A DNA stretch of 64,000 bases from NCBI GenBank assembly GCA_002269645.1, contig NIVC01002332.1, forward strand, positions 33,847 to 97,846, written 5' to 3'. Origin of the DNA: Macrostomum lignano. Lineage: Eukaryota. Below the pieces are notes generated by a model. It was not told where the DNA came from and did no database searches. It saw only the letters and a list, made by a program, of their open reading frames with translations. Position numbers and translations under genes: made by a program. Below, one piece after another: positions 11,171 to 27,932 of this stretch. Each line of letters begins with the position of its first letter. Positions within the stretch are counted from its first letter, which is position 1.

Positions 11171-13216
11171 GGACTGGAAATTGCATGCGAATCAACTGAA
11201 TTAACAGGAAAATTTAGCTTATAAACATACAACCAAAGTCAGGCAATTTTGCATTCACGATATCTGGTCCTGTTGCTTTAATTACCACCCTATCAAGAGT
11301 AGTACAGCATACCGTTAAACAATCAACATTCGAGCACTTTTCAGCTTTTATTAATTCAAGAGACTTGTACTATTGTAGACCAATTTGTAGTGTGAATGTA
11401 ACATCTGTTGAACGAAGACTAACATTATAGATAATCGCAAGCCCCGAAAATGAATGGAACAACAAATACGACAGTCAAGTATAATAACATTTAAGTTAGT
11501 CCGTTACACATGTATACCTGTCTATATAATCATAAATACTATTAAATATATTACGCATTTTGTCCAGCAATGCTTTTCCTTAAATACAATCACAAATACA
11601 CATTCTAAAAAGCCGTTGAAAATAAAAAAAGCAAATATGTCAATTTCTTTTTAATGAACACGACAAGCCAAATTTTGCGGACGTTTTTTTGTTAACAAAA
11701 TGTACAGATAAACAATAAAAGTATATAGTAATTCAAGTACACGAGGACATATAATCTGGTCGAATTTAAACAACAACCAACCGATTTTGTTTTAACGACC
11801 ACATATAATCAGTACTCTCATGTAAATACCATTTTAAGACTTTAGACTGCGCTTGGCTATAAATTTTCTAAGCCCCACCTTCATCAGACCCAGTGCCGAA
11901 CCAGCCAATTGTGGTTGACTGGGCTTAACCGGGCTTTTAACTCGCTGTCTCGTGTGGGTGGGCTGGCTATATTATCGATGTTTCTAAACCCGCCAAGCCA
12001 ATCTTATCTTATCTAACTTTTATAATCGGCGTCAAAATTACGGGCGGCTAACCAAATTGCTGTTTAACAATTATATACTCGTAGATCTAGACATTACACT
12101 ATTAGATTAGACAGTCACGACAAAAAGTACATTAAAAAAACAAAACAGCACTAGGCTTGGGCAAGCAATATAATTAAAGCCCATTAGTATTAGAAATTAA
12201 TATAAAGTTTAGACAGACCAACATATAACAGATACAAACTAATGTCTGTTAATTTAAAGTTTGTCTAGCTTTAGGCTAATTATGGTTATGGTTACTTTTC
12301 AATTGAATATAATGATTAACTAATGTAGGTATAATACGAGTAACAAAGACTACTGACTATATAAATAGTACATACGAAGCAATATTTTTCTATAAAAAAA
12401 TAAAACAGAAACTTTATAGAGCTAGAATGGACGAAAACTGTGGCAAGCTGTAAATTAATAATCAAAATCAAATGACATGGAATATTTTTTTATCTATAAT
12501 ATAAAGTAGCAACAATAAATCGAAATTGACAAAGACTTTAGATTATAAGTAAAAAAAGCTTAACAATTCATATGGAATTACAAGTTTGAATAAGGTACTA
12601 ATTTGCACTCGATATGTAGTAAAATTATAATCAATTTAATATTCATCTAATACTAGTACAACACCACTATAATGTCACAGAGACGGAAAGTAAACTGAGA
12701 AATAAACTATAGTCAAGAGAGCCGAATCCAGTGTTATAAACTGAGCACCGCGACTGATTGTAAGATCGATGACAGAAATTGAAAACTTGCAACAAAAGAA
12801 TGACAAAATTTAAATACAGTAAGTAAACAAACAAACAAATTTCGACGAATTGTGTCTCGCTTAGCTATCACAGAACGATAGGAATTTTCTGAAGAACTTC
12901 TTGAAAACAATTACAAACAAAAGAGAAAAATATAAACCCAAAAGAAACACAAGTCACAAAACTCAACAAACTATGTGCTATATTACTTATACAAGTAGTG
13001 CAAATTAGATTCTTGGAGGCAATATAATTTAACAAATAATTAGGATATTATTAAAGCACACTTAACAAAACAACGATGTAATTTCATTAACATTAAATCA
13101 AAAACTCAAGTTTTTTGTGAAGCAATCTATTTAACTGTTCAGCCATCAAAACCCATAGTGGACAATTAGCCAGAACTCTTCATGCAACAGTCTTAGGGCT
13201 CGAAAATCGATTGTCT

Positions 13217-15401
13217 TTAGCAGCTACAGCCGGATGATTGCTTCTCGTTGGAGCTCTCCTTTAGTCTGGTGCCTGCAGGTTGAAATCAGGTCGGTCTATT
13301 TGTTTATCTGCGTTGTATTGATCTGCCTATATATTTAGTCCAGCATTGTAGACTGGATTTGACTTAAAATTCCGACTGGAAAAAACCTGCGGGAAAGCCT
13401 CGGCGGGAAAAATCACGCGGGAAAACGTCGCTGCGGGAAAATCTCAGCGGGAAAACCTCGGCGGGAAAACCTCTTGCGAGAAATTCCCGTGCTCCCGTCT
13501 TAGCATCTGTCTGTCTGTTTGTCTTAGTGTCTGTCCATCTTAGTGCCAGTCTGTCTGTCCGCCTGTCCGTCTGTTTGTCTGTCTGCCTGTCCGTCTGTCT
13601 TAGCATCTATCCGTCTGTTTGTCTGTCTGTCTGTGTAATCTCTACCTACACCAGGCCTATTAAGCTACCCACCTCCGCTAGTAGCATCGCCATCCGTAGC
13701 TTCGGACATCCGCTCGCAGATGATGTCAACTAAGCGTTCAAACACATCGGTAACATTGAGATTGTCCTTGGCTGAGGTTTCGAAAAATTCCAAGCCTGCA
13801 ATTTGGTTGTTAGGGCAATAGAAAAAAATTATTCGTCTACAGAATAAATTACCAAATACATTAACAAAAAATGTAAAGAAGCTTGCCAAGTTGATTAGCT
13901 AGCTGTCGGCCTCGCTCGGCACTGACTACTCGATCCTCATCTAGGTCGCACTTGTTGCCAACGAGTACCACTTGTGCATTGTCCCACGAGTAAGTCTTAA
14001 TCTGGGTGCACCTGAGCAAATGATTGACAGAAAGAGGCACAGGCGGTCTTTGATTGCGAGTCCGTTGTCGAGATAATGTTAAAGCTATAATCATATATGG
14101 ATTAAAGAAAAACTTACCAGTCTTGCACAGCGTTAAAAGAATCCTCGTTGGTGACGTCATACATGAGGATAAATCCCATTGCGCCGCGATAGTAAGCCGT
14201 GGTGATGGTCCTGTAACGTTCCTGGCCTGCCGTGTCCTGCAGATTAATATATATGAAATATATCTATATCGACTACTAATTAATAAATAGTTGCAATGTA
14301 GTGGTCTTGAAAGTGGTTTAATAGGGATGTTACCGATGTTTCGATGTAGTGGTGCTTTTGGCGGGAGCACGAGAAATGCCCGCAGACGAATTGCCCGCCG
14401 AGGTTTGCCCGCAATGCTCTTTTCCTACAGCGCATTTGGCCACGCGGCAGATTTTGTCTGCATTGCCTCCCTTAGTAAGCTTAGTAAGACTTGATAAAGA
14501 GATTTACCCGATCAAACGTTTTGATAGTAACTGCATATCAAATGCATTTTTTTTGGGGGGGGGGGGCATTGCAGGCAGAATCTAGCTGCCAAATGCGCTG
14601 CAGGAAAAAGCATTGCGGGCAAAACTCGGCGGGCAAATCCCGACGGGCCATTCGTCTGCGGGAAATTCTCATGGACCCGCTTTTGCCGGCTCGGAGACTA
14701 AGGATCTGAGGAAGGCTGGCCCAGCAACTGACACTCTGGGAGGCTGGCAGTCCAGCAACTGAGGATCTGGAAGGCTGGCAGTCCAGCAACTGACACTTTG
14801 GGAGGCTGGCTCAGCAACTGAGGATCTGGGAGGCTGGTCTAGCAACTTGGGATTTGCGAGACTGGCCCAGCAACTGAGGATCTGGGAGGCTGGCCCAGCA
14901 ACCGAGGATCTGGGAGGCTGGCCCAGCAACTGAGGATCTGGGAGGCTGGCCCAGCAACTGAGGATCTGGGAGGCTGGCCCAGCAACCGAGGATCTGGGAG
15001 GCTGGCCCAGCAACTGAGGATTTGCGAGGCTGGCCCAGCAACTGGGGATTTGCGAGGCTGGCCCAGCAACTGAGGATCTGGGAGGCTGGACCAGCAACTG
15101 AGGATCTGGGAGGCTGGACCAGCAACAGGATCTGGGGACTGACCCAGCCCTTACAAGCATCTGGGTGCATGCCATGGCAAACAAGCGCTCTCACCCAGAT
15201 CTGCAGTTTAACCCGTTTATCATCTCTAAACACGGTTTTGACTTTGAAATCGATGCCAACAGTCGATACGAAAGCCGACGAGAACGAATCGTCCGCATAG
15301 CGAAATAAAAATGATGTCTTGCCAACCGACGAATTGCCAATAATCAATAATTTGAACATGTAGTCAAAGTTCTGATCTGCAGCGTCTGAGCGACTTGCCA
15401 T
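13217..15401 (-). CDS. RAB3: Rab3 small GTPase, 5 exons
   Basis: Exons 15401-15195, 14236-14118, 14011-13887, 13795-13673 and 13272-13217. Motifs [49 protein letters not shown] and ETSAK, with C-terminal CSC prenylation motif. Intron 3 is GC-AG. Confidence 0.97.
13372..13635. repeat. GCGGGAAAA degenerate repeat followed by a (TGTC)n microsatellite in Rab3 intron 4
   Basis: Seen directly. Confidence 0.8.
14371..14670. mobile_element. About 300-bp inverted-repeat element (MITE-like) in Rab3 intron 1
   Basis: 14371-14470 (GAGAAATGCCCGCAGACGAA...) is the reverse complement of 14560-14670 (...TTCGTCTGCGGGAAATTCTC). No clear TSD. Confidence 0.7.
14690..15135. repeat. 28-bp minisatellite GCTGGCCCAGCAACTGAGGATCTGGGAG in Rab3 intron 1
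   Basis: About 15 tandem copies; the same unit recurs at 59522-59675. Confidence 0.95.
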
Positions 15402-15866
15402 GATGCTGTTCGTTTTGTTGATTTCTTGTGTTTTTTAAACCGCTAATAATACAATGATACTAGAGTGGAATGAAAGGCTGTAGCAAAGAAGTTAAAACGA
15501 AAAAGAGCGTTAGGAAATGTGCATGAATACGCTTGTTATTTCACTGTGTTTCTTCTGTGTCACTAAGCAAAACTCGCCAATTCTGTTATCTATAGAGGCA
15601 CACTAGCATAAACATAAAATTGTAGACCTATAACAGCTACAAGCTAACAACAGATTGTAATAAAAAGCAAACACCGTCTCACTAAGATTATAGATTACAA
15701 ATTCTTACGAATATTACCGTGAAATTTTGAACTATACGCTAAAAAGTCGCTGATATTTCTAGAATGTTGGATGTTAAGAGAACATCTGTGCACCACATTT
15801 GGAACAAATTTGAACAGAACGGGAGTAAGACATCATCGACTGACTCTTATGATGAAGTAGCACTTA

Positions 15867-16529
15867 CACTCAGCAACATTGAAAAGTGTCCACGTCTGCA
15901 CAAAAGGCTACACTAGCTGAACGATTAGGGATTGAAAAGTTTTCAACTATGTTTGGGCCATAGACAATCAAAATAAGGCAACAAAGAATGAACAGCAAAA
16001 CAAGTCCATGCCCATTTCAAAGCTGTGTACATGTCTAAAGTACAGTCAGTAACAGGTATAGATAGCAACCACGAGCGTCCAACAGACCGCTCACTCATGG
16101 GAGGCATTCCCGAACAAGGCGCCGCAGAAAGTCTTGTCGAAGCTGTTGCCACGCGACTGAAAGCGCATTGCGCAGCTGGACCATGTTCTAGGGAGATAGA
16201 GATTTTTGCACCGAATCGTGCGCAACGCTTCAAGAAATCCCACACGTGCTCAATCGAGTTCATATCCGGTGATCTGGACGGCCAACGCAGAGTGCGCCAA
16301 TCAGTCATTTAGCGGACTATCGTTGTCACTCTGCGTCCAGATGCCTCCAGTAAACCCCTGTACACTCGTTACTGTAACGCTTTTCCCTGTGACACCAAAT
16401 ATCGGTCTTTACACTTTACTGCCCTTTTTGGTCATTTGTCTATGGCCCAAAACCAATTGGCGAAACCATCGATCGTGCTGCCCATGGACCCTTGGCGCAA
16501 GGGTGGACACTTTCAAATGTTGCTGAGTG
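15867..16529 (-). mobile_element. Internally deleted Tc1-like transposon retaining the transposase C-terminus
   Basis: 27-bp TIRs CACTCAGCAACATT..AAAGTGTCCAC flanked by TA on both sides. The minus strand encodes WPSRSPDMNSIEHVWDFLKR (Tc1 W-P-x-x-SPDLNPIE.W motif), then in another frame LRNALSVAWQQLRQDFLRRLV. Confidence 0.9.
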
Positions 16530-17335
16530 TATTTGTGACGTTAAATGCGAACCCTCTAATGAACCTTTTAAACATGATGCAAGAATCGATAACATCTTAC
16601 TGTTTGCTCAATATACAACCTAGTTTCTGCCTTGTGTAATTTTGTCTATGGCCATAGACTACCATAGGCTATGACTAGAATGCGCGCTCTTTCAACTAGA
16701 CTACAAATGCTATAAAAACTTATACGAGTAGAGCATGATGCAACTCTCACAGTGCCCGCAATTTAAGTCTAAACATCTAAGTCTAGTTGTGTTCTTTAAT
16801 TTTTCCTTTTTTGTCTATGACCCTGACCTGGCCTTAGTAGTGCCATAAATTCTATGAGAGTTGCATCCCAAAAGCCAAACTACTCAATGAGAAACTGGAG
16901 ACTTAAAGCACTTCATTAAATACACTAAAAATCTAATCTTTACCTAATAACAATTATTAAAAAAATAAAACAGGGTAACATCAATTACAAAATGAACATT
17001 CATAATTACTATTACAATTTATTATTAATAATACAATCAGACAGTAAATTCAAGTGAAATATGCAAATAAACACGCTTGAAATTAAAGTAGCAAAGTTGG
17101 ATTAATCATACATGAACTTATTGTGAATAATTTTTTGAACAATTAATGAACACAGTGTTAAATGACTAACGCATAACAAAGATTAGTCTACCTAAATGAA
17201 CAAGTTCAGGATAAGTAGATAAATGCAACACTATATGGATCTTAAGTATGCCATAAAACTCAAGCAATCGAGGGTCTGACTCTCCACCATGAACCCAGCT
17301 AGTTCAGACTATTCTACAGGCAATTTTTACTTACT

Positions 17336-17542
17336 TGCGCATCTGAAGGCTGCGTACGGCTGTTCAGTCCAAGGACTGGGGTTGCCACACACATCCTCAA
17401 CTACCCCAGCTAATGCTGGCACCCATTTTACAGCTATGTAGAGTTAAGTGTCTTGCTCATGAACACAGATTTTTTCAAGTGGGTCGACAATCGAACCCCT
17501 GACCTTTAAGTTGTGAGTCCGACGCTCTAACCACTAGGCTAC
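17336..17542 (-). mobile_element. tRNA-derived SINE with a CORE-like segment (family 1)
   Basis: Minus-strand head GTAGCCTAGTGGTTAGAGCG (A box) ... GGTTCGATT (B box), then GAGCAAGACACTTAAC...TGTAAAATGGGTGCCAGC. ACTTACTT on both flanks is a possible TSD. Further copies at 42040 and 56495. Confidence 0.8.
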
Positions 17543-17770
17543 AACTTACTTAACCTGATTTTAACCTGGTGCAAGGCACTCGGCAACATCATCCACTCTG
17601 TTCATTCCGTTGACAGCGGCCCTGCCTTCTAATTTTCACGCATGTATACTCTGTGCCATAAAGACCGCGTCGAACCAACCGAAAGTCAGACAAGTTTACC
17701 ATTAAGCTGCTCTGCTCACCAAAGCCAGACAATTTCAAGTAGACAATTCGTACAAATAGAAGAAATCGCT

Positions 17771-21178
<3,408 letters not shown>

Positions 21179-21209
21179 GATATAATTAAACGAAATATTT
21201 AGCTGAAAA

Positions 21210-22300
21210 CTAGCAATCTACGCCCCCCGTTGGGGAGCCAAAGAAATGCAATACACGTTTTTTTAATAAGCTACATGTATCCTTGAAATCTTAAAAAATC
21301 TCCTGTCAAACCTTGTAAGCCTTGACATGTCAGTAATTCCCCCCCCGACAAGCTTTAACATACCAACTTCCCCCCATTGACATCTCAGCAATGCCCCCAA
21401 TAAGCCTTGGGAATCTAAAAATATCTGTCAACCTTCTAACCCTAACCCTAGCCTAACCCTAACCCTAACCTAACCCTAAAGCATTGAAATTTCAGTAATT
21501 CTCTAAGAGTCATAATAGCGCTACTACAGCATTATAGCGATTCCCTGCAAGCCTCGACATCGTAGGGATTCCCAAATGAATCTCCTAACTTCGACATGAA
21601 GCTTCTTTTATTTTTTACATTACGCTTTTTTATCAGCGATCCCTCCCCTGAGGAGGCATTAAATAATGTAATAAAAAGTTTTCAATAAACTACATGTAGC
21701 TTCTGACTTTAGCCTTGAAATCTCATTTATACCCCCGTGAGCCTTGACATCTCAGCTATTCCCCCCGTAAGCCTTGACATGTCAGCAATGGCCCCCAGAA
21801 ACCTTGAAATCTAAAAAATCCTCTGTTAACCTTGAAACCCAATAAAATATAACCCTCAACCCAAACCTGACCTAAACCTAACTTTAACCCAACCTAAAGC
21901 CTTGAAATCTCAGCAATTCTTCTCCCCTAAGCCTTGACATTTTAGTGATTCCTTCTTTAAGAATCACAGCACTATAACAATTTCCACCAAGCTTTGACAT
22001 TGTAGCAATTCCCAAATGAATCTTTTAACTTCGACATGACTTTTCTTTTATGTATATATAGTGCTACTTTTATTTTTTACAAGACTCTTTTTCTATCAGC
22101 GCCCCCCCGTGGCGAGCCAACAAAGAATGCAATAAAAAATTGAGTAAAGTACATGAACTTTGAAGTAGCTTCTGACTATTGCTTTGACATCTCAGAAACC
22201 CCCCCCCCATAATCTCAGTTATTCTCTGAGAGCCTTTACGTCTCAGTTTTTCTCCCCAGCACAGCATTATAGCTGCATTTAATTTTTACATGACACCCTT
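21210..22300 (-). mobile_element. Tandem non-autonomous Helitron-like units (about 430-460 bp each) with internal (CCCTAA)n-like tracts
   Basis: Minus-strand 3' end reads GGCTCCCCAACGGGGGGCGTAGATTGCTAG followed by T: a GC hairpin just upstream of CTAG. Related ends at about 21630 and 22095. Same family as 52150, 53955 and 58205. Confidence 0.65.
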
Positions 22301-22958
22301 CATGTCTGACATGATGTTTCTTTTATTCTACCATGATGCTTTTTAATTTTTTAAATGACACTTTCATTAGTTTTTAAATGAGGCTTCTATGATTTTTTCT
22401 TGATGCTTCTATGATTGTTTACATGACGCTTCTATGATTTTTATATGACGCTTCTATGATTGTTTACATGACGCTTCTATGATTTTTATATGACGCTTCT
22501 ATGATTGTTTACATGACGCTTCCATGATTGTTTACATGACGCTTCTGTGATTTTTTACATGACGCTTCTATGATTGTTTACATGACGCTTCTATGATGTT
22601 TTATATGACGCTTCTATGATTTTTATATGACGCTTCTATGATTTTTTAAATGATGCTTCCATGATTGTTTACATGACACTTCTATGATATTTTATATGAC
22701 ACTTCTATGATTTTTATATGACGCTTCTATGATTTTTTTAAATGACGCTTCCATGATTGTTTACATGACGCTTCTATGATTTTTTACATGACACTTCTAT
22801 GATTGTTTACATGACGCTTCTATGATATTTTATATGACACTTCTATGATTTTTATATGACGCTTCTATGATTTTTTACATGACGCTTCTATGATTGTTTA
22901 TATGACGCTTCTATAATTTTTAAAATGACGCTTCTATGATTTTTACATGACGCTTCTT
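22300..22958. repeat. 22-24-bp minisatellite ATGACGCTTCTATGATT(G/T)TTTAC
   Basis: About 28 tandem copies. Confidence 0.95.
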
Positions 22959-25419
22959 TTTAAAAAGTCTTTTAGTTTTATTGACATTGAAAAGCTTTAA
23001 TTAAAAAAAATTATACTCTATGAAAATTCGAACCATCATCGCTGCTTTAGCAGTTCAGTTTGTTCACCTCTAGGCTAGCTCTCATCGTTTTGATAACATC
23101 TAATTTTGCACTTATATAATTCAACACTTTAAAATCCAAGCATAGAGTAAATCACACGAAGCAGTTATGACATAATCAGTTTCTCAGTCAGTCAGTATCA
23201 GTTAACAATATGGTTACGCAATTTAAATCAAGTCTGGTGCTACGCTTCCACACTGCATTTTCAATAGTGTGATGCAATTCAAGTTGGAGTTACAATTCAG
23301 TTATGATGCAATCTATTTCAGAATCAGAATTCAACCAGTCAGTTTTTTTCTCTAGCATTCTTACAATGCATTTCAAGTCAAAAAGTTTTCTTGACCTTTG
23401 CAAAAAAGCATGTTTTTTGAATATTTAATTCCTTTAGCATCGAGCAATTTCTTAGCCAAGACACATGTACCGTCACAGGAAAATTTCTGATTGAACAGTG
23501 CAAGTCTCATGAAAATTGGTTAAGCCATTCAGGAGAAAATCGATTTCGTACAAACATACAAGCAAGATTTTTATATAATATACTAGAATGAGTCACATTC
23601 CTCTGTTGGAGAATCTATAGAAATTGATATTAATGTTGAACACTAGAACCGAGAAAAAACTGCAGTCTAACAATTTCATTGTGGTTGAACTGCAATCTAT
23701 AAATTTCCTTTTAGTGAAACTAAAGTCTATGAAATCATTTTATATTGTAATGACACAAAAAACTATTAAAACTTTTTTATTAATGAGACTGAAAACAATC
23801 AAAACCCATTTTGTGAAAAAGAAATCCATCAAAATCCTTTCAATTAAATAGATATAGATCTATTAAAATCATCTGATTAAATTAGTATATATAATAAATA
23901 TATTTAAATTATAGAAATAGACATTTATTAAAATAAACTCTCTATGAAAAAAGAAATGTATATTTTTTTAATAAAACTAAATTCGATTAAAATCTGCTAT
24001 ATTAAACTTTTATCTATCAATATCATCTCTTTCAAACTATAATTTATCAATTTAATCAATATCTCTATAAATAAATTATAGTCAACTAAGACTTTTGTTG
24101 ATATCTATAATTTAAAAGCTGTCTACTTGTCTAGTATAAAATATTCAAGGTAAAGGCATTAGTGGCTAGGGTTATTAGGTTTTAGTATTCCTATGTCTTA
24201 TAACTTATGGCCTATAACTTATAAGATGATAAGGGAAAGGTAAACAGCTTAGGCAAGTCAATTTTAGTTAATTTTAATTTTATTATCTATTTATTAACAC
24301 TAGATAAATAGTGTAGTATAAAATTACTTAGGCCTACTAGCTAATAAAACAAATTGATAATAGTTACTCTTGATATTTAGGCCTACCTATTTATTTGCCT
24401 CCCAGATAGGCAATGGCAATGTTCAATGAGCAAAGATGTCAATAAAATACAATATGTCATTTATCATGCTTAGCTTAGGGCATTTGGTGCACAAAGTTTG
24501 TGATATGGTATATATCAATGGATATATTGATAAGAGAGTTGAGATCTCTTAAATTCACCAAGGAGTCTTTAACTATATATTTAAAAAAGCCTTTTATTAG
24601 GTTTTAGTCATATTACTACTACTAGCTTTAGGCCTTTAGCTTTACTAGCATACTACTAGGCCTTACCATTTTTTATTTGAAAGTACAAAATAGACAGAAA
24701 AGCCAACTATCTAGGAGCTAAAAGTTAGGACATTCTTAAGGATTCAGGAGTTTGGCCTAGGGGCCTAAGAGTATTCTATACAATATTACGACTATAGGCC
24801 TAGCATAATAACATGGAATTGGCCCTAGATGATTGATTAAATTAAGAAAGCAAAATAGAGCAAAGTAAAGCAAGCAAAGGAAATGCATGCTTCTAAGTAT
24901 GTTTAAACCAAAAATCTACAATATTAATAAGTATAGACCTAAGCCTATATAAACTCGGCCTAATGAATGATTAGCAATGTTGCAGTTTGTTTCACAAAAT
25001 TATTTTTACTTTTGAATATGTACCAACATCATGAACAATCAAACAAGTGAATATTAATAGGACTATAACATTGCTCCTCATACATGCGCAATCTCCAAAA
25101 TTTGGTCAGCTATGCGACTTAGTTTTAACAAAAATGCGGCGTAGTTTTTGGCCAAAAATGCGACTTACATGTAATAAAAACCATAAAGCAAAATTAACAC
25201 AACTTTGGATAAATGGCAGGAGTAACTATGACTGTCTTATTAGGTAAAAATGCCTCATCAACTACTTAGTAGTACTACTTTGGTATTTTTTCGGGTGGGC
25301 ATTTTTGTGACTTCCTTGATTGGCTGCCAAATTGGTTGGCCAGATCGGCCGACTTGGCTGATTGTTGCACATGTATATTACTCCTTAGTCACTGAATCTT
25401 CAAAAGTCGCTTAAAACAA

Positions 25420-25560
25420 GTCTCAAAACTCAAATCCTCACAGGTGCCACATTGTTGACAGGTCACTTGATTGGCCAGCAGGTGGAACTTAGCTAGCCAA
25501 CAAATCATTGATACTATGTCGCGAGTCACATTATACAGATACATATAGCGCAAAGGGAAT
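25420..25560 (-). pseudogene. Possible decayed Merlin/ISXO2-type transposase N-terminal Zn-ribbon fragment
   Basis: YLYNVTRDIVSMICWLAKFHLLANQVTCQQCG resembles the W-L-x-x-x-x-L-L-x(4-5)-CxxC start of these transposases. No DDE region recognised. Confidence 0.3.
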
Positions 25561-27546
25561 AAGACATCCATCAGATCCAGCAGGCTGCAGCTTGGCAGCA
25601 GGCACAACCTCAGTAGGTGGTTTTATAAATGATTGTGCAGCTGGACATCCTGCCATGACTTACAAAATATTGTATATCTTAAGCAATTCTAGCTTGAGAA
25701 ACCCCTCACTAAAACTTGCCCAAAGGTGTCTATCTATGGCCTTTTAGGATGATGTGGTATGACAAGTCAGCACGAATTTAAACCCTCCATGACACATTGG
25801 TGCATATTCAAAAGTAAAAATAATTATGCAAAACAAACTGCAACATTGCCAAAAGGTCATTAAGTTAGACTGTTAGAGGGGCCATGGAAGATATAATATA
25901 TTAAAATTAAATGATATAGCCTATAGTATAGGTCTAATGTACATCCCTGGTTAAAAAAACTATTTTAATAACTATAAAACTATAAAACTATAAACCATAG
26001 CTTTCTTAGGCCCCTATTCTAATTATAGGCCTAGGGCCCTAGGCATTAATAAATAGCAAGAATAGGCCTAGGGCTAGGCCTGTTTTTAATTATGTAACAA
26101 TTATGAATTATTAATCAAAATTTGTGTGCAGCTTGTGGTGGGGCTAACTAGCCTAATAGTCTAGCTAGTAACTTTACTGTAGGCCTAACTAAAATAATAT
26201 ATATGTATTTTTTAAATATAGGCCAAGCTACAGCCAAGCCCAGCCCATTGCCCAGAGATGTCATAAGACAAGACATAACATCAAGGCCCAGCTGGCAAGC
26301 CACATAGCCATAGGTGTCAATTATCAAATATAAGCTTAAGTTCAAGAGAACCTGTTCAAAAGTTTTTGATCATAATGATTCTTTATATCAAAATAGAATA
26401 GAATAATCTAGGCTGTAATATAATATAAGGTCGAGCCAAAAGCTTCCGCGGTGGACAGATGATTTGTTAGAAAGGTGTTTAAAACCGTATTCTGCTCTGG
26501 TAAAAGTATTTTTAAAAAAAGCAATAAATATTCTAATTTTTTGAAAGAAATTCAATTTCAACTTTAATTTATTGTCTTTTATAGACAGTTTCTCAATTTT
26601 TTTGTTCTAATAACCACTAAAAAGTTTTGGTTTAAAATGACTTACCTTTTCATTTTCGCGCAACAGATATGAAACATCTCGGACTTTTAGGTTTACGATG
26701 TAGTTTGGCATGCGCAAAAATGATAAATTCTTTACGAGTTGCTACAATTTTTGTTACAGCTGAGCGTAGTTAAAATATCAGTTTGCAGCTGTTGAATAAG
26801 AACTCACTTGTCGCCCATTATCCTGCATATATTTTGGACTTTTGGTCTGGACCTGGAGTCCTGGACTAAAACTAAAAGGCTAAAAGCCAAATAAATAGTG
26901 GTAGGCATATATTTAACGGGTACCAGTCATTTCGCCGAAATGATCGTAACCCTTTATAACCACGGTATATACGTAGCCGATAAATCTTTTAAATTTTAAA
27001 ATGCAAAACAAAGATAGGAGCTTTATGACAAATGTCATAAATGTTAGAAAGATAAAAATTCTGAAATAAAACCGTTTTAAAGAGGGTTCCCTTGGCTTCA
27101 CTGCTCTTTAAAATATACTATTTTGTGTTTAATCTAGGCCTAATATGAATAACTATTTTTTAAGCCCAAGGCCTTAGGCCTAGGGGCCTACTAGGTTGAA
27201 TATATATTCAATTTGATATAGAGCCTAGGCCAGGGTATAAGACCAAGATGGCCACAACATTATCATTAATTAGCAACATAATTAGCTATTTTCATATTTA
27301 TAATAAATATTTTTTAATTAATCATATTCATAAATACCAATACAATAATAAATTTAATAGAAACTAATTAAATTAATCCAATATACTAAAAATGGTCTGT
27401 CTGTGTCTATGATTACCTATAATACAAAAATGAAAAACTTTAATAATCTTTTTTAGTGTTTGTGCCAATTTATTTTCTATCATTACATCTATCAAATCTT
27501 ATTACTATCAGTTTATCAAAAAAAACATTTTAGTGGTAATGCTAGC

Positions 27547-27932
27547 TAGAGCCAAGGTCGGATGGGATCCCGAAGAAAATTGAATTCCCGCGGGACTAGA
27601 ATCCCGACCCTAAAAAACTTGAGATTTGGGAACAGGTCTTTTGATTAAAAATTTATAGAATTAGTGATTACTTGAAGGTATTTTGCTTTAACTTATACTC
27701 GTTATATTATTTACTTTGTTGGTTATAAAACTTCATAGGCTATCAATTTCGTTGTGTTTTACTTCTTGATCTTGACAATCTTTTCTCAATTTTGTTTAAC
27801 TTTACATGGATGATACACTAAAAGACCTGATCTGATCCCGATTCTCAAATCCTGATCTCGATCCCGATTCCAAGAAAAAAATTATTCCTGATCCCAATCC
27901 CGCCCAAAGATTTCAATCCTGTCCGACCTCTA
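27547..27932. mobile_element. Degenerate hAT-like MITE
   Basis: Ends TAGAG(CCAAG)GTCGGATGGGAT and ATCCTGTCCGACCTCTA, with subterminal ATCCCGA repeats. Confidence 0.55.

Noticed and set aside
11400-13200. Hidden gene between RAB3 and TRMT11
   Set aside because: AT-rich with no credible ORF or exon; it fits a RAB3 3' UTR or intergenic DNA.
17480-17542. tRNA gene (also near 42230-42287)
   Set aside because: The A/B boxes belong to a SINE head; there is no full cloverleaf or acceptor stem, and SINE body sequence follows.
21440-21480. Telomere or telomere fusion (also 52155-52192)
   Set aside because: Short, degenerate TTAGGG-like tracts embedded in copies of the Helitron-like family.
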